Below are positions 47,996 to 58,025 of a stretch of DNA of 64,000 nucleotides, one piece after another. Both the position numbers and the translations under genes were made by a program. Location of the stretch: the NCBI GenBank assembly GCA_963704655.1, contig OY969927.1, positions 864,001 to 928,000 of the forward strand, in the 5' to 3' direction. Origin of the DNA: an uncultured Candidatus Babeliaceae bacterium (GTDB taxonomy: Bacteria > Babelota > Babeliae > Babelales > Babelaceae). Under the pieces are notes generated by a model. The model worked only from the letters and a program-made list of their open reading frames with translations. It was not told where the DNA came from and made no database searches. Every line of letters starts with the position of its first letter. The first letter of the stretch is position 1.

Positions 47996-48784
47996 TTATG
48001 ACCCCTCAAGCCGAGCAAGGCCATTTTTGCGGCTCGCGTGAAAGGACCATACAAATATCGAAATCGCCAAAGAAATATACACAATAGTTAATAACACACC
48101 TGCACCTAAAACAGTCAAATCTATCGTGTTACTCTGTAAATATATGCGCAAAACTTTAAACATATAGGTCATGGGCACACAATAAGCAATTACTTGGGCC
48201 CAAAATGGCATAATCTCAATGGGATAATAGACCCCAATAAAGGGCACAAAGAACCACCCCATTACCCACACCAGTTTTTGGGCAGAATTTCCCCAGGTAA
48301 CTAATGTCGATGACGTTAATAAACCGATAGAGTACCCAGAAAAGAGCAATAAAAAAAATAAAAGTAAAAAGACAGGCCCAACGGCAAAAATTGATATATT
48401 ATACAAAAACCATACCACAAAAACGCCAAAAGATGCGCCAATAAGAGCATTAATGCCTCCAACTATCATATGCGCAGCAATCCATTCTTGAATAGTAACA
48501 GGCGTAACAAAAAGATTGATAAGATTACGTGACCATAACTCAGAAAGAAAATTATAGGAAACATCCAAGTTTGCGCGGTAAACAGCTTGCCATAAAACCA
48601 AGCTTGTTAAAATAATAACGGCATACTGCGGGTTATCGGTACTTTTTGCCATCCATGAACCGGCAAAGCCCCAGATGAGAATATCAAAAAGTGGCCAATA
48701 GAAAAAATCTGTTAACGGGTCCGGGCCACGAAAGGTGAGTAAAAAGGTTCGACGAACAAGCGCTGCAATGCGTGTACCATTCAT
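47996..48784 (-). CDS. ABC-2 type exporter permease
   Basis: YWPLFDILIWG, ELWSRNLINLF, GVYYP. Confidence 0.88.
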   Translation of the reverse strand: MNGTRIAALVRRTFLLTFRGPDPLTDFFYWPLFDILIWGFAGSWMAKSTDNPQYAVIILTSLVLWQAVYRANLDVSYNFLSELWSRNLINLFVTPVTIQEWIAAHMIVGGINALIGASFGVFVVWFLYNISIFAVGPVFLLLFFLLLFSGYSIGLLTSSTLVTWGNSAQKLVWVMGWFFVPFIGVYYPIEIMPFWAQVIAYCVPMTYMFKVLRIYLQSNTIDLTVLGAGVLLTIVYISLAISIFVWSFHASRKNGLARLEGS

Positions 48785-48793
48785 AGCATATCC

Positions 48794-49705
48794 TTACTTA
48801 GAAATCTGTAAGAAATAATCTTCTAGCGTCGGCTTATCAATAGTAATCTGATTATACGTCAACCCTGCTTGCGCAAGTCGAATCAAATAATCAGCAATGG
48901 CATGCTCTTCAAATTTTGCGCAAACCACTGAACCTTCAGCATGCGCAGGTATTCCCTGTAAATTGCACCAGTCAATAACAGCCTGAGGATTTTCAACAAT
49001 AAGTTCTACACGAGCAAGGCCAGCAAGAGATGCTAGTCGCTCTGGTGTATCATGCGCTATAATAATGCCTTTTTTCAGAACCAGGACATTATCACAAATC
49101 TGAGCAACTTCATCCATTTTATGCGAAGTAAAAAGAATCGAAACGCCCTGCTGCTTTTGCTGCTCTTTAATAAATAGCAGAACTTCTTGGGCAACATCAG
49201 GATCAAGCGAAGCAGTTGGCTCATCAAGCAACATAACCTTTGGCTCGATACAAAAAGCCTTAATAAGCATAACACGGGTCATTTGCCCGGCAGACAAGGT
49301 GCCCGCACGGCGATCTTTTAAATGCCACATATCAAACTTTTTAAGTAAGCGCTCTAAGCGCTCTTTTAAAGTAGCTCTGGAAACGCCATAAAGCTGTCCA
49401 TAAAAGAAGAGATTTTCATAAACAGTAAGTTTACCCGGCAAACTTACATAGGTTGAAGCAAAGCCAACCTTGGATAAAATCTCTGACCGATGGGTTTCTA
49501 AATTTTTACCAAAATAGCTTATTTCACCTGAAGTTGGGGCCATGGTACTTAAAAGCATCTGAATCGTCGTGGTCTTTCCGGCACCATTTGGGCCAAGAAA
49601 GCCTAAAACCTGCCCTTGGGCAAGCTCAAACGAAATGCCGTCAACAGCTACAAAATCAGGATTTGAAAATTTTTTATAGAGATTCTTTACGCGTAAAATA
49701 GTCAT
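48794..49705 (-). CDS. ABC transporter ATP-binding protein (ABC-2/DrrA-like)
   Basis: GPNGAGKTT, LSAGQ, LLDEPT, PTLEDYF. Confidence 0.94.
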   Translation of the reverse strand: MTILRVKNLYKKFSNPDFVAVDGISFELAQGQVLGFLGPNGAGKTTTIQMLLSTMAPTSGEISYFGKNLETHRSEILSKVGFASTYVSLPGKLTVYENLFFYGQLYGVSRATLKERLERLLKKFDMWHLKDRRAGTLSAGQMTRVMLIKAFCIEPKVMLLDEPTASLDPDVAQEVLLFIKEQQKQQGVSILFTSHKMDEVAQICDNVLVLKKGIIIAHDTPERLASLAGLARVELIVENPQAVIDWCNLQGIPAHAEGSVVCAKFEEHAIADYLIRLAQAGLTYNQITIDKPTLEDYFLQISK

Positions 49706-49972
49706 AGTACCTAATAGTATAATAAACGGTATTAATTTTGTATATTATAAGATTATTTTGCCCAAGGCGGCACTTTTACCTTGAAAATACCACTTTTAAC
49801 CCATCCAGACGACATTTAACCCCCACCTATTGCTAAAAAAAACAATATTTATGCCAAACTATTGCTATTTTATTAAGGGCTCAGCATAATAACTGGGCAA
49901 ATTTTTTTATGTAGATTCTCCCAAAATAATACGCTAGTCTATTCATACATGTTCACAAACTCAGGGAGAATT

Positions 49973-50473
49973 ATGGATATCTTTAAACAAAAAACATGGT
50001 CGCCTTTTGCCGTAGGCGCGTTAATCGGCACGCTCATGGTGGCATCATTCTATTTTACCGGAAAGTTTTTGGGGATCTCGTCAGCATTTGTTGAAATTGC
50101 TACAATTTTTTCTACGTTGATTTCGCACCAAGCTTTTTCAATGGTAAATTTTTGGCAGGAAAATATCGAACTAGTAACCATAGCCGGTGTTATTATCGGC
50201 GCATTTTTATCAAGCTACTTTTCAGATAACTTTACCAAAGATCTTGTACCAAGTCTTTGGAGTAAAAATTTTGGTAATTCTTTTTCTAAACGCGCTCTTT
50301 TTGCATTTATTGGCGGCGTGATAATAATTTTCGGCGCACGTTTAGCCGGCGGTTGCACATCGGGTAAATCGATCGCATCAGGGCTTCAGCTTATTGTACC
50401 AGCCTGGATATTTACCTGCTGCTTATTTGCAGCTGCAAGCGTTACCGCATTTTTATTGTATCGAAATAAATAG
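49973..50473 (+). CDS. YeeE/YedE family sulfur-compound transporter half
   Basis: FGARLAGGCTSG motif; start placed at MDIFKQ. Confidence 0.88.
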   Translation: MDIFKQKTWSPFAVGALIGTLMVASFYFTGKFLGISSAFVEIATIFSTLISHQAFSMVNFWQENIELVTIAGVIIGAFLSSYFSDNFTKDLVPSLWSKNFGNSFSKRALFAFIGGVIIIFGARLAGGCTSGKSIASGLQLIVPAWIFTCCLFAAASVTAFLLYRNK

Positions 50474-50484
50474 AGAGTAAAAAC

Positions 50485-51012
50485 ATGATGAACATTCTTT
50501 TAGCCTTATTATTTGGGATTATTTTTGGGTTTTTATTACAAAAAGGTAACGTAAGCAACTTTAATGTTATTGTTGGCCAACTACTTTTTAAAAATATTAT
50601 CGTTTTAAATATTATCATGACGGCTATTATTGTTGGCGGCACGTTGATGTACGCATTAGTCGATTTAAACTTTATGAGCGCACTGCCCTTAAAAGCATCA
50701 AGTATGTATGGCTCGGCAATTGGCGGCCTTATTTTTGGCGTGGGCATGGCGGTTTTAGGCTATTGCCCGGGAACAGCGCTTGCTGCAATTGGGCAAGGAT
50801 CGAAAGATGCATTATTTGGCATTCTTGGCATGGCCACCGGCGCATTGTTATTCATTAAATGTAGCGACTTTCTGAAATCTACCATCTTGATCGATACACC
50901 AAACAATACTACTCTGCCGAATCTTTTAGGCGTATCACCCTATCTGATTTTTTTAATACTTGCGCTTGTTACCTTCGGTATAAACATGATATTTAATAAA
51001 ACGCGCGCATAA
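50485..51012 (+). CDS. YeeE/YedE family sulfur-compound transporter half
   Basis: FGFLLQKG, GGLIFGVG...GYCPGT. Confidence 0.88.
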   Translation: MMNILLALLFGIIFGFLLQKGNVSNFNVIVGQLLFKNIIVLNIIMTAIIVGGTLMYALVDLNFMSALPLKASSMYGSAIGGLIFGVGMAVLGYCPGTALAAIGQGSKDALFGILGMATGALLFIKCSDFLKSTILIDTPNNTTLPNLLGVSPYLIFLILALVTFGINMIFNKTRA

Positions 51013-51022
51013 AAAGATTAAC

Positions 51023-51113
51023 TTCTGGGCAATTGGTTGGAAAAATTGTAGACTTTTTCCAACCATAAAACTTTATCTTTAAGGGCCCGCCATGAATCCA
51101 GAAAAATTAAATA
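51023..51113 (+). repeat. Left direct repeat (copy of glyA upstream region and first 7 codons)
   Basis: 51059-51113 identical to 58062-58116 (55 bp); match extends to 51023/58026 at constant offset 7003. Confidence 0.95.
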
Positions 51114-51137
51114 CTTATAAATAATACGCACGCTTTT

Positions 51138-52124
51138 TTAGAAATCACAAAGTGATCTAATATATGGAATACCCAAAATAAAAGTTGCAATGGTAGTCCC
51201 TGCGCTAGCCATAGTGAATAATGATGACACCAAATGCACTTTATCATATATATCTCTTTTAGGGGCATCAGAATCTTTAGCACCTTTATACCCACGAGGA
51301 TACGATTTTATTTTTTTAATAAGTTGTACATCATCCAATGGTGCTTTAAATATAGCAATTAATTTTACCTGGCTTACAAAATCTTCAAGTTCTCGAATAC
51401 TCATGCCATCACTATAATATGCTAAATCATTTATGATATTTTTATCTTGATTTACCTCATATTTTTCAAACAAATTCATTAGGACTTCTTTCCTCATTTC
51501 TTTATTTGGTTGATCAATCTTTAACCGTTGTTGTTCTGGGAACCTACTGACAAATGCAGGGCTCAGTTTTTCGTACCTATTTGTTGCACAAATTATAAAA
51601 TAACGCGGATCATACTTAAATTTATCCAAATAAAGCCACAATTCCTGCATAGCTTTATTGTCTTCAACCCTAGATTCGTCAGAACCAACAATAGCTATTG
51701 CATCGATTTCATCGATAAAAATAACAACAGGTCTTCCACTTCCTGCCATCATTTCAAAAGCCTGACCCATTTCTTTTTTAATATTTTCAGCACCACTGCC
51801 AGCATACTTAGTAACAATTGATGGCGCGTTTATATGAACAAACTCACAATTTGCTACATTTGCTATCTGTCGTGCGAGCGTCGTCTTACCATTTCCTGGA
51901 GGCCCATACAAAAGTAATCTATTAGGAATTATAAGCGGTTTGGTAAAAGCATCTGAATCTACGAAGGTGATATTTTCGATTAACGGAATGCTTAACATTT
52001 TTACAATGTAATAAACTATCTCATGTTGCAAATAGATTGAATTATTTATTTCCCTAATATCTGCGCAACAAAACGTCTGCATAAAAATCGATATTAATAA
52101 CATTATATAAGAAAAAATATGCAT
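51138..52124 (-). CDS. Classical-clade AAA ATPase with N-terminal signal/anchor and C-terminal hydrophobic segment
   Basis: LLLYGPPGNGKT, pore loop TKYAG, IFIDEID, ATNR...SRF. Confidence 0.9.
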   Translation of the reverse strand: MHIFSYIMLLISIFMQTFCCADIREINNSIYLQHEIVYYIVKMLSIPLIENITFVDSDAFTKPLIIPNRLLLYGPPGNGKTTLARQIANVANCEFVHINAPSIVTKYAGSGAENIKKEMGQAFEMMAGSGRPVVIFIDEIDAIAIVGSDESRVEDNKAMQELWLYLDKFKYDPRYFIICATNRYEKLSPAFVSRFPEQQRLKIDQPNKEMRKEVLMNLFEKYEVNQDKNIINDLAYYSDGMSIRELEDFVSQVKLIAIFKAPLDDVQLIKKIKSYPRGYKGAKDSDAPKRDIYDKVHLVSSLFTMASAGTTIATFILGIPYIRSLCDF

Positions 52125-52133
52125 AAAATCCTT

Positions 52134-53153
52134 TTATTTACATCTCCTACATTTACAATAATCTGCAGAGTCCCTAGTTATATAATCATAAGCACCAACA
52201 GCGATCATATTGCCTACTAATCCAGGTAATCCTCCAGAAAACGCTCCGGCAAGAATGAAGACTGTTCTACCTGAATTTTTATTATCGCGAGCTATTGATC
52301 GTTTTTTTTCAATAATTTTTTCTAAAATTTCTTTACGCGTAAGCTTAGAATCGAATATCTGGGTTTTATTGATTTCAGCTATGAGGTTTTCTAAATCACG
52401 AATACTCAATGTATTACTATGGTAGGCTAAACAACTAAACCACTGATCTGCAATATCGGCATCATAATCTTTAGAAAATTTTATCAACATTTTCTCGCGC
52501 ATTGCTTCGCCTGGGTTATCAATATGTATCTTATGATCTTCTTCAAAGCGACTTAGAAAAACACTGTTCAAATCATCGAATCGATTTGTGGTACAGACTA
52601 CAAAAATACGCGGGTCATTTTTAAATTTATCTAAATATTGCCATAATTCTTGCAAAGCTCTTTCATTATCAGATGCTGAATCGCCTTTTCCTGTTATAGC
52701 AATAGCATCAATTTCATCTATTAACATAACGATGGGTCGCCCACTTTCGACAACCTTATCTAAAGCTTTTTTAAATTCTTTTTTAATATTTTCAGAACCA
52801 CTCCCTTGAAATTTCGTAACGATTCCTGGAGCACTAATATGAACAAATTCACAATCAGCAGCATCTGCGATTTCTCTGGCTAATGTTGATTTTCCGTTTC
52901 CAGGGGGCCCATACAAAAGCAATCTATTTGACACAACTAATGGTTTTGTAAAAGATACTGGATCTACCTCTAATATTGATTTTGCTAATGGCCTACTTAA
53001 AGCTTTAATAATATAACTTATTTGTTTAAACTGTGAGCCAACTATCAATTCTGTCTTGACTTTGGAAGCCGTTACCTGTACTGTTTCAGATCGACTATAA
53101 GAAAAAAAATGTGTACACAATAACAAGAAAATCAAACACGCTGAATTTAACAT
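52134..53153 (-). CDS. Classical-clade AAA ATPase with N-terminal signal/anchor and C-terminal hydrophobic segment (paralog)
   Basis: LLLYGPPGNGKS, TKFQG, MLIDEID, TTNR...SRF. Confidence 0.9.
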   Translation of the reverse strand: MLNSACLIFLLLCTHFFSYSRSETVQVTASKVKTELIVGSQFKQISYIIKALSRPLAKSILEVDPVSFTKPLVVSNRLLLYGPPGNGKSTLAREIADAADCEFVHISAPGIVTKFQGSGSENIKKEFKKALDKVVESGRPIVMLIDEIDAIAITGKGDSASDNERALQELWQYLDKFKNDPRIFVVCTTNRFDDLNSVFLSRFEEDHKIHIDNPGEAMREKMLIKFSKDYDADIADQWFSCLAYHSNTLSIRDLENLIAEINKTQIFDSKLTRKEILEKIIEKKRSIARDNKNSGRTVFILAGAFSGGLPGLVGNMIAVGAYDYITRDSADYCKCRRCK

Positions 53154-53250
53154 TATGGCCCATTCTAAATTTGATTCTTAAAAAAATAATAATTAAAAGA
53201 TACAAAAACATTGAAATAAAATCAATTAAGTAAAACAAAAAGATTAATTT

Positions 53251-55734
53251 ATGAAAAAAAATTATCAATTATTTCTATCTCTGATTTTTTTCACACTTTC
53301 TATCACTAATATCCTATCAAGATCTCAATTTAAAACTGCTACAAGTAGCTATGAAACTTACGCTCCTTCAACAGTGTTCACGGCTGGTGCGCTAATTTAT
53401 ACCGCCGCACAAGATTATTTTAAAGCACGTGGCTATTTATTCTCCACAAGCCAAGAAGTACAAGCTCAGATGCTCAAGATGTCGAATCAAGAATGGAAAT
53501 CTTTTGTTGAAACTAGTTTACTTAACGGCAAAAGCATAGAATCATTAACCTTTGCAGAACGACAAAAACTTTTTACAGCATATGAATTATATCAATATGA
53601 TGGCTACAGGCTATTAATGGCATCATTACCAGAATTCAAAAATTTTATATTGGGAAGCACCTACCAGCCAAGTAATGAGCAAAAGAAGTATTATAAAACT
53701 CCCATGCTCTACTCCAAGCAAAACCTTAAACTTATTTCTAGATACTATGATGGGAGGGTTACCCTAACTGGACAAGAAATTAATGACTTGCCTGATACCT
53801 TAAATGGTGAATCAATAGCCACTATTATCGGCAGGCAGGCCCCTAGGACATTTGGTGAATTTATGAATGAAGAAGCGGGTTATAGGACAAATTTACCTGC
53901 CCATTTTGACCCACGTCAACACCCTTTAGGATTATCAGCTGAAAAACAGCAAGAACTTGTTCGTGAGATAAAAAACAACTTTGCTGGCATACAAAATAAT
54001 AATTCTTTATTCGCCCCTCAAGTAGCAACGCAAGCGGATATTAAAGTTTTGCCTGTATTATCGCAAGATACATTACACATGTGCGAAGAAAAAAATATAG
54101 ATATTAACTTATTTTCCGCCACCTATGGAACAGTGGAGCAAAGTATTTTACATCAACAGTTTATTGATATCATTAACAAATCTGCAACAATCTATGTGCG
54201 TTATGAAAATTATAGTGAAGTTAAAAAATTAGCTCTTGGCGCAACACAATATAGTTTGGCAGGTATTTCACTTACCAAATCAAACAATATTCCCTTAGCA
54301 CAAGCTGCTCATAAAGCAGCAAGTTCTATTATTGCGCTCTTAGATGGCGTGCGTGAAGCTTGCGGCGATAAATTAAGCCAAGTTTGTAGTGCAGTAAGAA
54401 ACCCGGTGCAATTTGGGCGAGATATTGCAGATTTAGCACTCAATGCAAGCTCAGAAATTGCTATTTTTACTACGCAAGCACTTAATAACCCTGAAGTTCA
54501 AAAAACTATACTCACGATAATTGCCGATCCGCACCCTAGCTTTGCTATTAACTCAATTATTGCTACTAAAGTATGCAAAGAACTTGATACATACATGAAA
54601 ACACATACTATTGAACAGGCAGCTCATGCACTAGGAAAAGAAGCTACAGATCTCGTTCTTGATGCAATGATTTTTAATGCCGCCGGCAGAGCCGTTAAAA
54701 CTTTAAAAATCACCCAAAAATTAGGGTATGCAGGAAGACAAGCAGCAAAATTAGTCGGCTACTCGGTCATTAATAAAGCTGAAACTATAGAAAAAGCCAC
54801 ATTACTTTTAGCAGAAGCATCTCCAGAAGCTCTATCGGTCAACCCTATCGTACGCGCAGCCGTCGCTTCAGAAATTAAGTGTACACAGGCCATAAAAGAA
54901 ATAGGTTTTAAAACATTACCCAAAACAGTAACCCCTTTAGTTGAAGAATTAATCGCAGGCAATGGCCTTCCCAAATCATTTATTCCAAATACCAATACCT
55001 TAACTCTTGCACTTCAAGAAAATGGTGTTTACGAATTAAGCAAAACTGCAGACATTTTTGGAAATAAGTGGCAAAAAATCACAGCTGCCGGCGAAGAATT
55101 TTGGCAAATAACTCCGGCAAATAGCAAAGGAAGAGAATTCTTATTGCAGACCGAAAAAGAACTTATACAATCACCTGAAGCAATCTTTTCTGTTGAACCA
55201 ATTGTACCAACTCAAAGTCCTGTCTTTATCCCTGCTGTAATAACAGACGCAAACATGGGAATACCTCAAAAGACAGTCCGGATCGCAGAGTGTACTGAGA
55301 TAAAAGATGCACAATATATAACACTTCAAACAGGTGAAAGATGCCGCATCCCCTATCCAGAAAATGGCGTTACGAGGGAAATTGTATGGGGTCCTAAAAA
55401 ATATCAAGAAATTCGAGCTTTAAAAGATGACGTCGAAGTAATTGCACAAAATGTAAATATGCCCGTACATAAAATTCAACGAATTAAAAGTCATCTTTTT
55501 TATGACGACCATATTTTAAGAGATGGTAGCATTCGACCTTTTGACCCAAACTCTGAAATTGCAGCTGCCTGGGACCGTTTATACCGAGGCGACTTTGTTA
55601 AAAATGATATCCAACTATTAGAGCATGAATACTTTGAATCTAGATTTGAACGTTTATTTAAAACAGATTATGATACCGCCCACAAGGCAGCGCAAGATTT
55701 AAAAAGAGGCAGGCCTTGGGAATCTAACAAATAG
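53251..55734 (+). CDS. Secreted polymorphic-toxin-like protein with His/Glu-rich C-terminal domain
   Basis: Signal peptide, long Ala-rich helical trunk, terminal ~110 aa with IKSHLF..DH, FDP, AWDRL, LEHEYFE, AH; followed by small genes. Confidence 0.7.
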   Translation: MKKNYQLFLSLIFFTLSITNILSRSQFKTATSSYETYAPSTVFTAGALIYTAAQDYFKARGYLFSTSQEVQAQMLKMSNQEWKSFVETSLLNGKSIESLTFAERQKLFTAYELYQYDGYRLLMASLPEFKNFILGSTYQPSNEQKKYYKTPMLYSKQNLKLISRYYDGRVTLTGQEINDLPDTLNGESIATIIGRQAPRTFGEFMNEEAGYRTNLPAHFDPRQHPLGLSAEKQQELVREIKNNFAGIQNNNSLFAPQVATQADIKVLPVLSQDTLHMCEEKNIDINLFSATYGTVEQSILHQQFIDIINKSATIYVRYENYSEVKKLALGATQYSLAGISLTKSNNIPLAQAAHKAASSIIALLDGVREACGDKLSQVCSAVRNPVQFGRDIADLALNASSEIAIFTTQALNNPEVQKTILTIIADPHPSFAINSIIATKVCKELDTYMKTHTIEQAAHALGKEATDLVLDAMIFNAAGRAVKTLKITQKLGYAGRQAAKLVGYSVINKAETIEKATLLLAEASPEALSVNPIVRAAVASEIKCTQAIKEIGFKTLPKTVTPLVEELIAGNGLPKSFIPNTNTLTLALQENGVYELSKTADIFGNKWQKITAAGEEFWQITPANSKGREFLLQTEKELIQSPEAIFSVEPIVPTQSPVFIPAVITDANMGIPQKTVRIAECTEIKDAQYITLQTGERCRIPYPENGVTREIVWGPKKYQEIRALKDDVEVIAQNVNMPVHKIQRIKSHLFYDDHILRDGSIRPFDPNSEIAAAWDRLYRGDFVKNDIQLLEHEYFESRFERLFKTDYDTAHKAAQDLKRGRPWESNK

Positions 55735-55742
55735 GGAAAAGC

Positions 55743-56048
55743 ATGTACATTATTATGCATAAATTAAATGAAGATATATTGTATGTTACATACAAAATTG
55801 AAACGGATATTACCGCAGGACAATATATCAATGAACAAGGGAAAGAAAGAACTTCCTTTAAAACAATATTTGCTTATTGTAAGTTGAATAAACAGACTGA
55901 AGAGTTTTTTCTAGATATCAATAAAACTAATCCCTATTTTTTAGAACCGAATTCTCGAGAAATACGGCATGCGATGGCACAATTAATAAAAAGGGTCAGA
56001 GAGAAACAGCCATTTGAACAATCAATACACATTGCAACCGGGGGCTGA
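55743..56048 (+). CDS. Putative cognate immunity protein
   Basis: 101 aa, 8 bp after toxin stop, no signal peptide. Confidence 0.55.
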   Translation: MYIIMHKLNEDILYVTYKIETDITAGQYINEQGKERTSFKTIFAYCKLNKQTEEFFLDINKTNPYFLEPNSREIRHAMAQLIKRVREKQPFEQSIHIATGG

Positions 56049-56063
56049 CAATATCAGTGCAGA

Positions 56064-56437
56064 ATGAATAAAACAGCTATTCCTTTTGAAGAGTTTGAAA
56101 AAGCGGTTATTCGAAAGATTCTTGAGAAGAAGAGTGATGTGAATGAAATATTATGGGAACAATATATGGCATCTCAAGTAATTAAAAGAAATTTTACTGG
56201 AGTTGGGTTTTTTACCGATTTTAAAATACCAAAGGATGTGCCCCATGCTACTGAATTAATCGATCGTAGCTATGAAGATGTGGTAGCAAGTATAAATGGG
56301 TAGCACTTTCGATTTTGGGTTTGTTTTTATTCTTAGAAGATGGCATCATCTCGTGTTTAGAGGGTTATACGTGGGCTGACGCATGGCCAGAAACTATAAA
56401 AAACTATGATCTGAAACATTCCGATAATATTCTTTAG
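56064..56437 (+). pseudogene. Frameshifted immunity-like gene
   Basis: RNFTGVGFFTDF then, after removing one G (~56298-56300) and one T (~56324-56328), FVLFLEDGIISCLEGYTWADAWPE...*. Confidence 0.7.
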
Positions 56438-56511
56438 ACGCTATAAGTTATAGAATAAACAATGCATTTTCTACCCGCAACAAGCATGCTACTTAAAAAA
56501 ATGAAGGAATT

Positions 56512-57124
56512 ATGGAACATATTAAATCTATTTTACGTAATATTGAAAATAACCCAACTGAAGAAAATTCTATCGTATATTTTCCCGTATTGCGTGATTC
56601 AATTAACAATTCTTTAAAAGAGATACAACAATGCGATATATCAGAGCAAGCCGGTAATCAATTTAACCTATTAGAGGATATTGATTTTATTTTAACAAAA
56701 TTAACTTTTAAAGAAGTATCACTTCCAGAAGACTTAAAAAAAATTATTATTGACTTTGATCGCATAAACAGTCAAAAAATGGCGAGAATATTTATTTGAT
56801 AGAATTAAAAGTGAAAATTACTCTTTAAACAGCAAACCCCTACTATTAGATATAATTAATAATTTATTAGCAAAAATTGAATTTTGTGAAAATATTGAAA
56901 CTGCAAATATGTATTTTGATTTACTTCAAGATGCCCAATCGCGTGTATGCATTTTAGCTTTTGTAAAAAAAATAGAGGTATCCACTCAATTTTGGAAGTT
57001 TATTAAAGATTTCGATCGAATAGATGATAATGAATGGCGAGAATACCTATTTAATAAAATTAAAAAACACGAATATTCATTAGATGCGATACCAGCTTTA
57101 GATGAGCGGTTCTATAGCAAATAA
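56512..57124 (+). pseudogene. Frameshifted immunity-like gene with internal duplication
   Basis: Removing one A from A6 at 56774-56779 fuses two ORFs; repeat DFDRINSQKWREYLFDRIK / DFDRIDDNEWREYLFNKIK. Confidence 0.75.
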
Positions 57125-57165
57125 TAAGTATAGAAATTTTTATGTGGCTCTAAAGATAATAAAAC

Positions 57166-57531
57166 ATGGTAATCGTCAAAAAAATAACCCGATGTGGCGA
57201 TGGGTCTTGCCAAGAGGCCGACATTATCATTTCTGATGGGCAATTTGAAATATTGTGTTTTTGCCATCCCTGCTCATTGCAAGAAGGCCAAGAAATAACA
57301 TGGTCTCTTTACCCATTTAATGCAGATAATATTATGCGACCTTTTGAAAAAACTTATAAAGTGGAAAAAATTTTAAATGATTATTTTGCTTATAATTTCA
57401 TTGGTAAATTAATTGATAAAAAAAAGGGTATTGTTATTGTCGGCAAAATTAAATTTATGCTTGGTGGAATTCCACAAGATATTGAAGAATATGAGTTTAT
57501 ATCATTTAGCTGTTGCAGGGTTGATGTATAA
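57166..57531 (+). CDS. Putative orphan immunity protein
   Basis: 121 aa beta-rich, EADIIISDG..LCFCHPC; position in array. Confidence 0.55.
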   Translation: MVIVKKITRCGDGSCQEADIIISDGQFEILCFCHPCSLQEGQEITWSLYPFNADNIMRPFEKTYKVEKILNDYFAYNFIGKLIDKKKGIVIVGKIKFMLGGIPQDIEEYEFISFSCCRVDV

Positions 57532-57554
57532 ACTTTAAAAATCCCGCGGTAAAT

Positions 57555-57899
57555 ATGTCAAATTTTATTTTAAAAAACGATGTACCAATTTTACATTGCT
57601 CAAATTGGGCTTTGGAACTATTTCATGATTCTCTGAAAGCGGTAATCTATGAGCAAGGTTTGGAGAATAACAAAAAACTTATTAATTTTCTAGAAAAAAT
57701 CGATCAAGGTACCTATGGAAGAGGCTGTATTTATATTGAATTGAACGATTATTTTAATGATGATTTAGATAAATTACCCGTGCAGCTTCTTTATGATCTA
57801 ACAACTAAAACAATAGAAAAGATTGAACAACAATATTTTGGCGAATATCGAGAAAATTATTTAGCACTTTTAAATGGATTTAAAGACAAAATCTTATAA
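57555..57899 (+). CDS. Putative orphan immunity protein
   Basis: 114 aa acidic helical protein; position in array. Confidence 0.5.
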   Translation: MSNFILKNDVPILHCSNWALELFHDSLKAVIYEQGLENNKKLINFLEKIDQGTYGRGCIYIELNDYFNDDLDKLPVQLLYDLTTKTIEKIEQQYFGEYRENYLALLNGFKDKIL

Positions 57900-57943
57900 C
57901 ATCAAAGTGAACTTTTTTAACTTAAATATTGCTTTAAATTCCC

Positions 57944-57971
57944 AACACTTCGACTTCGCTCAGTGTGAGCG
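57944..57971. repeat. TTCGAC-N3-GCTCA palindromic repeat
   Basis: aacacttcgacttcgctcagtgtgagcg. Confidence 0.88.
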
Positions 57972-58025
57972 ACGGCTGATGCCCCGTCCAGAAATTAAGA
58001 CATTTTTTCCCTTATAACCATTCTT

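Noticed and set aside
47535-48041. Long antisense ORFs (also 12594, 28499, 32487, 58553)
   Set aside because: Opposite well-supported genes, with no RBS or recognisable motifs
51092-51119. Short ORF MNPEKLNTY from the duplicated glyA start as a leader peptide
   Set aside because: Explained as a duplication remnant 7 kb from glyA; no evidence of function
51138-53153. ftsH fragments or proteasome ATPase
   Set aside because: No protease domain, no N-terminal coiled-coil/OB region and no proteasome subunits; both ORFs look complete and accessory
51114-58025. Prophage remnant
   Set aside because: No structural, terminase or integrase genes recognisable
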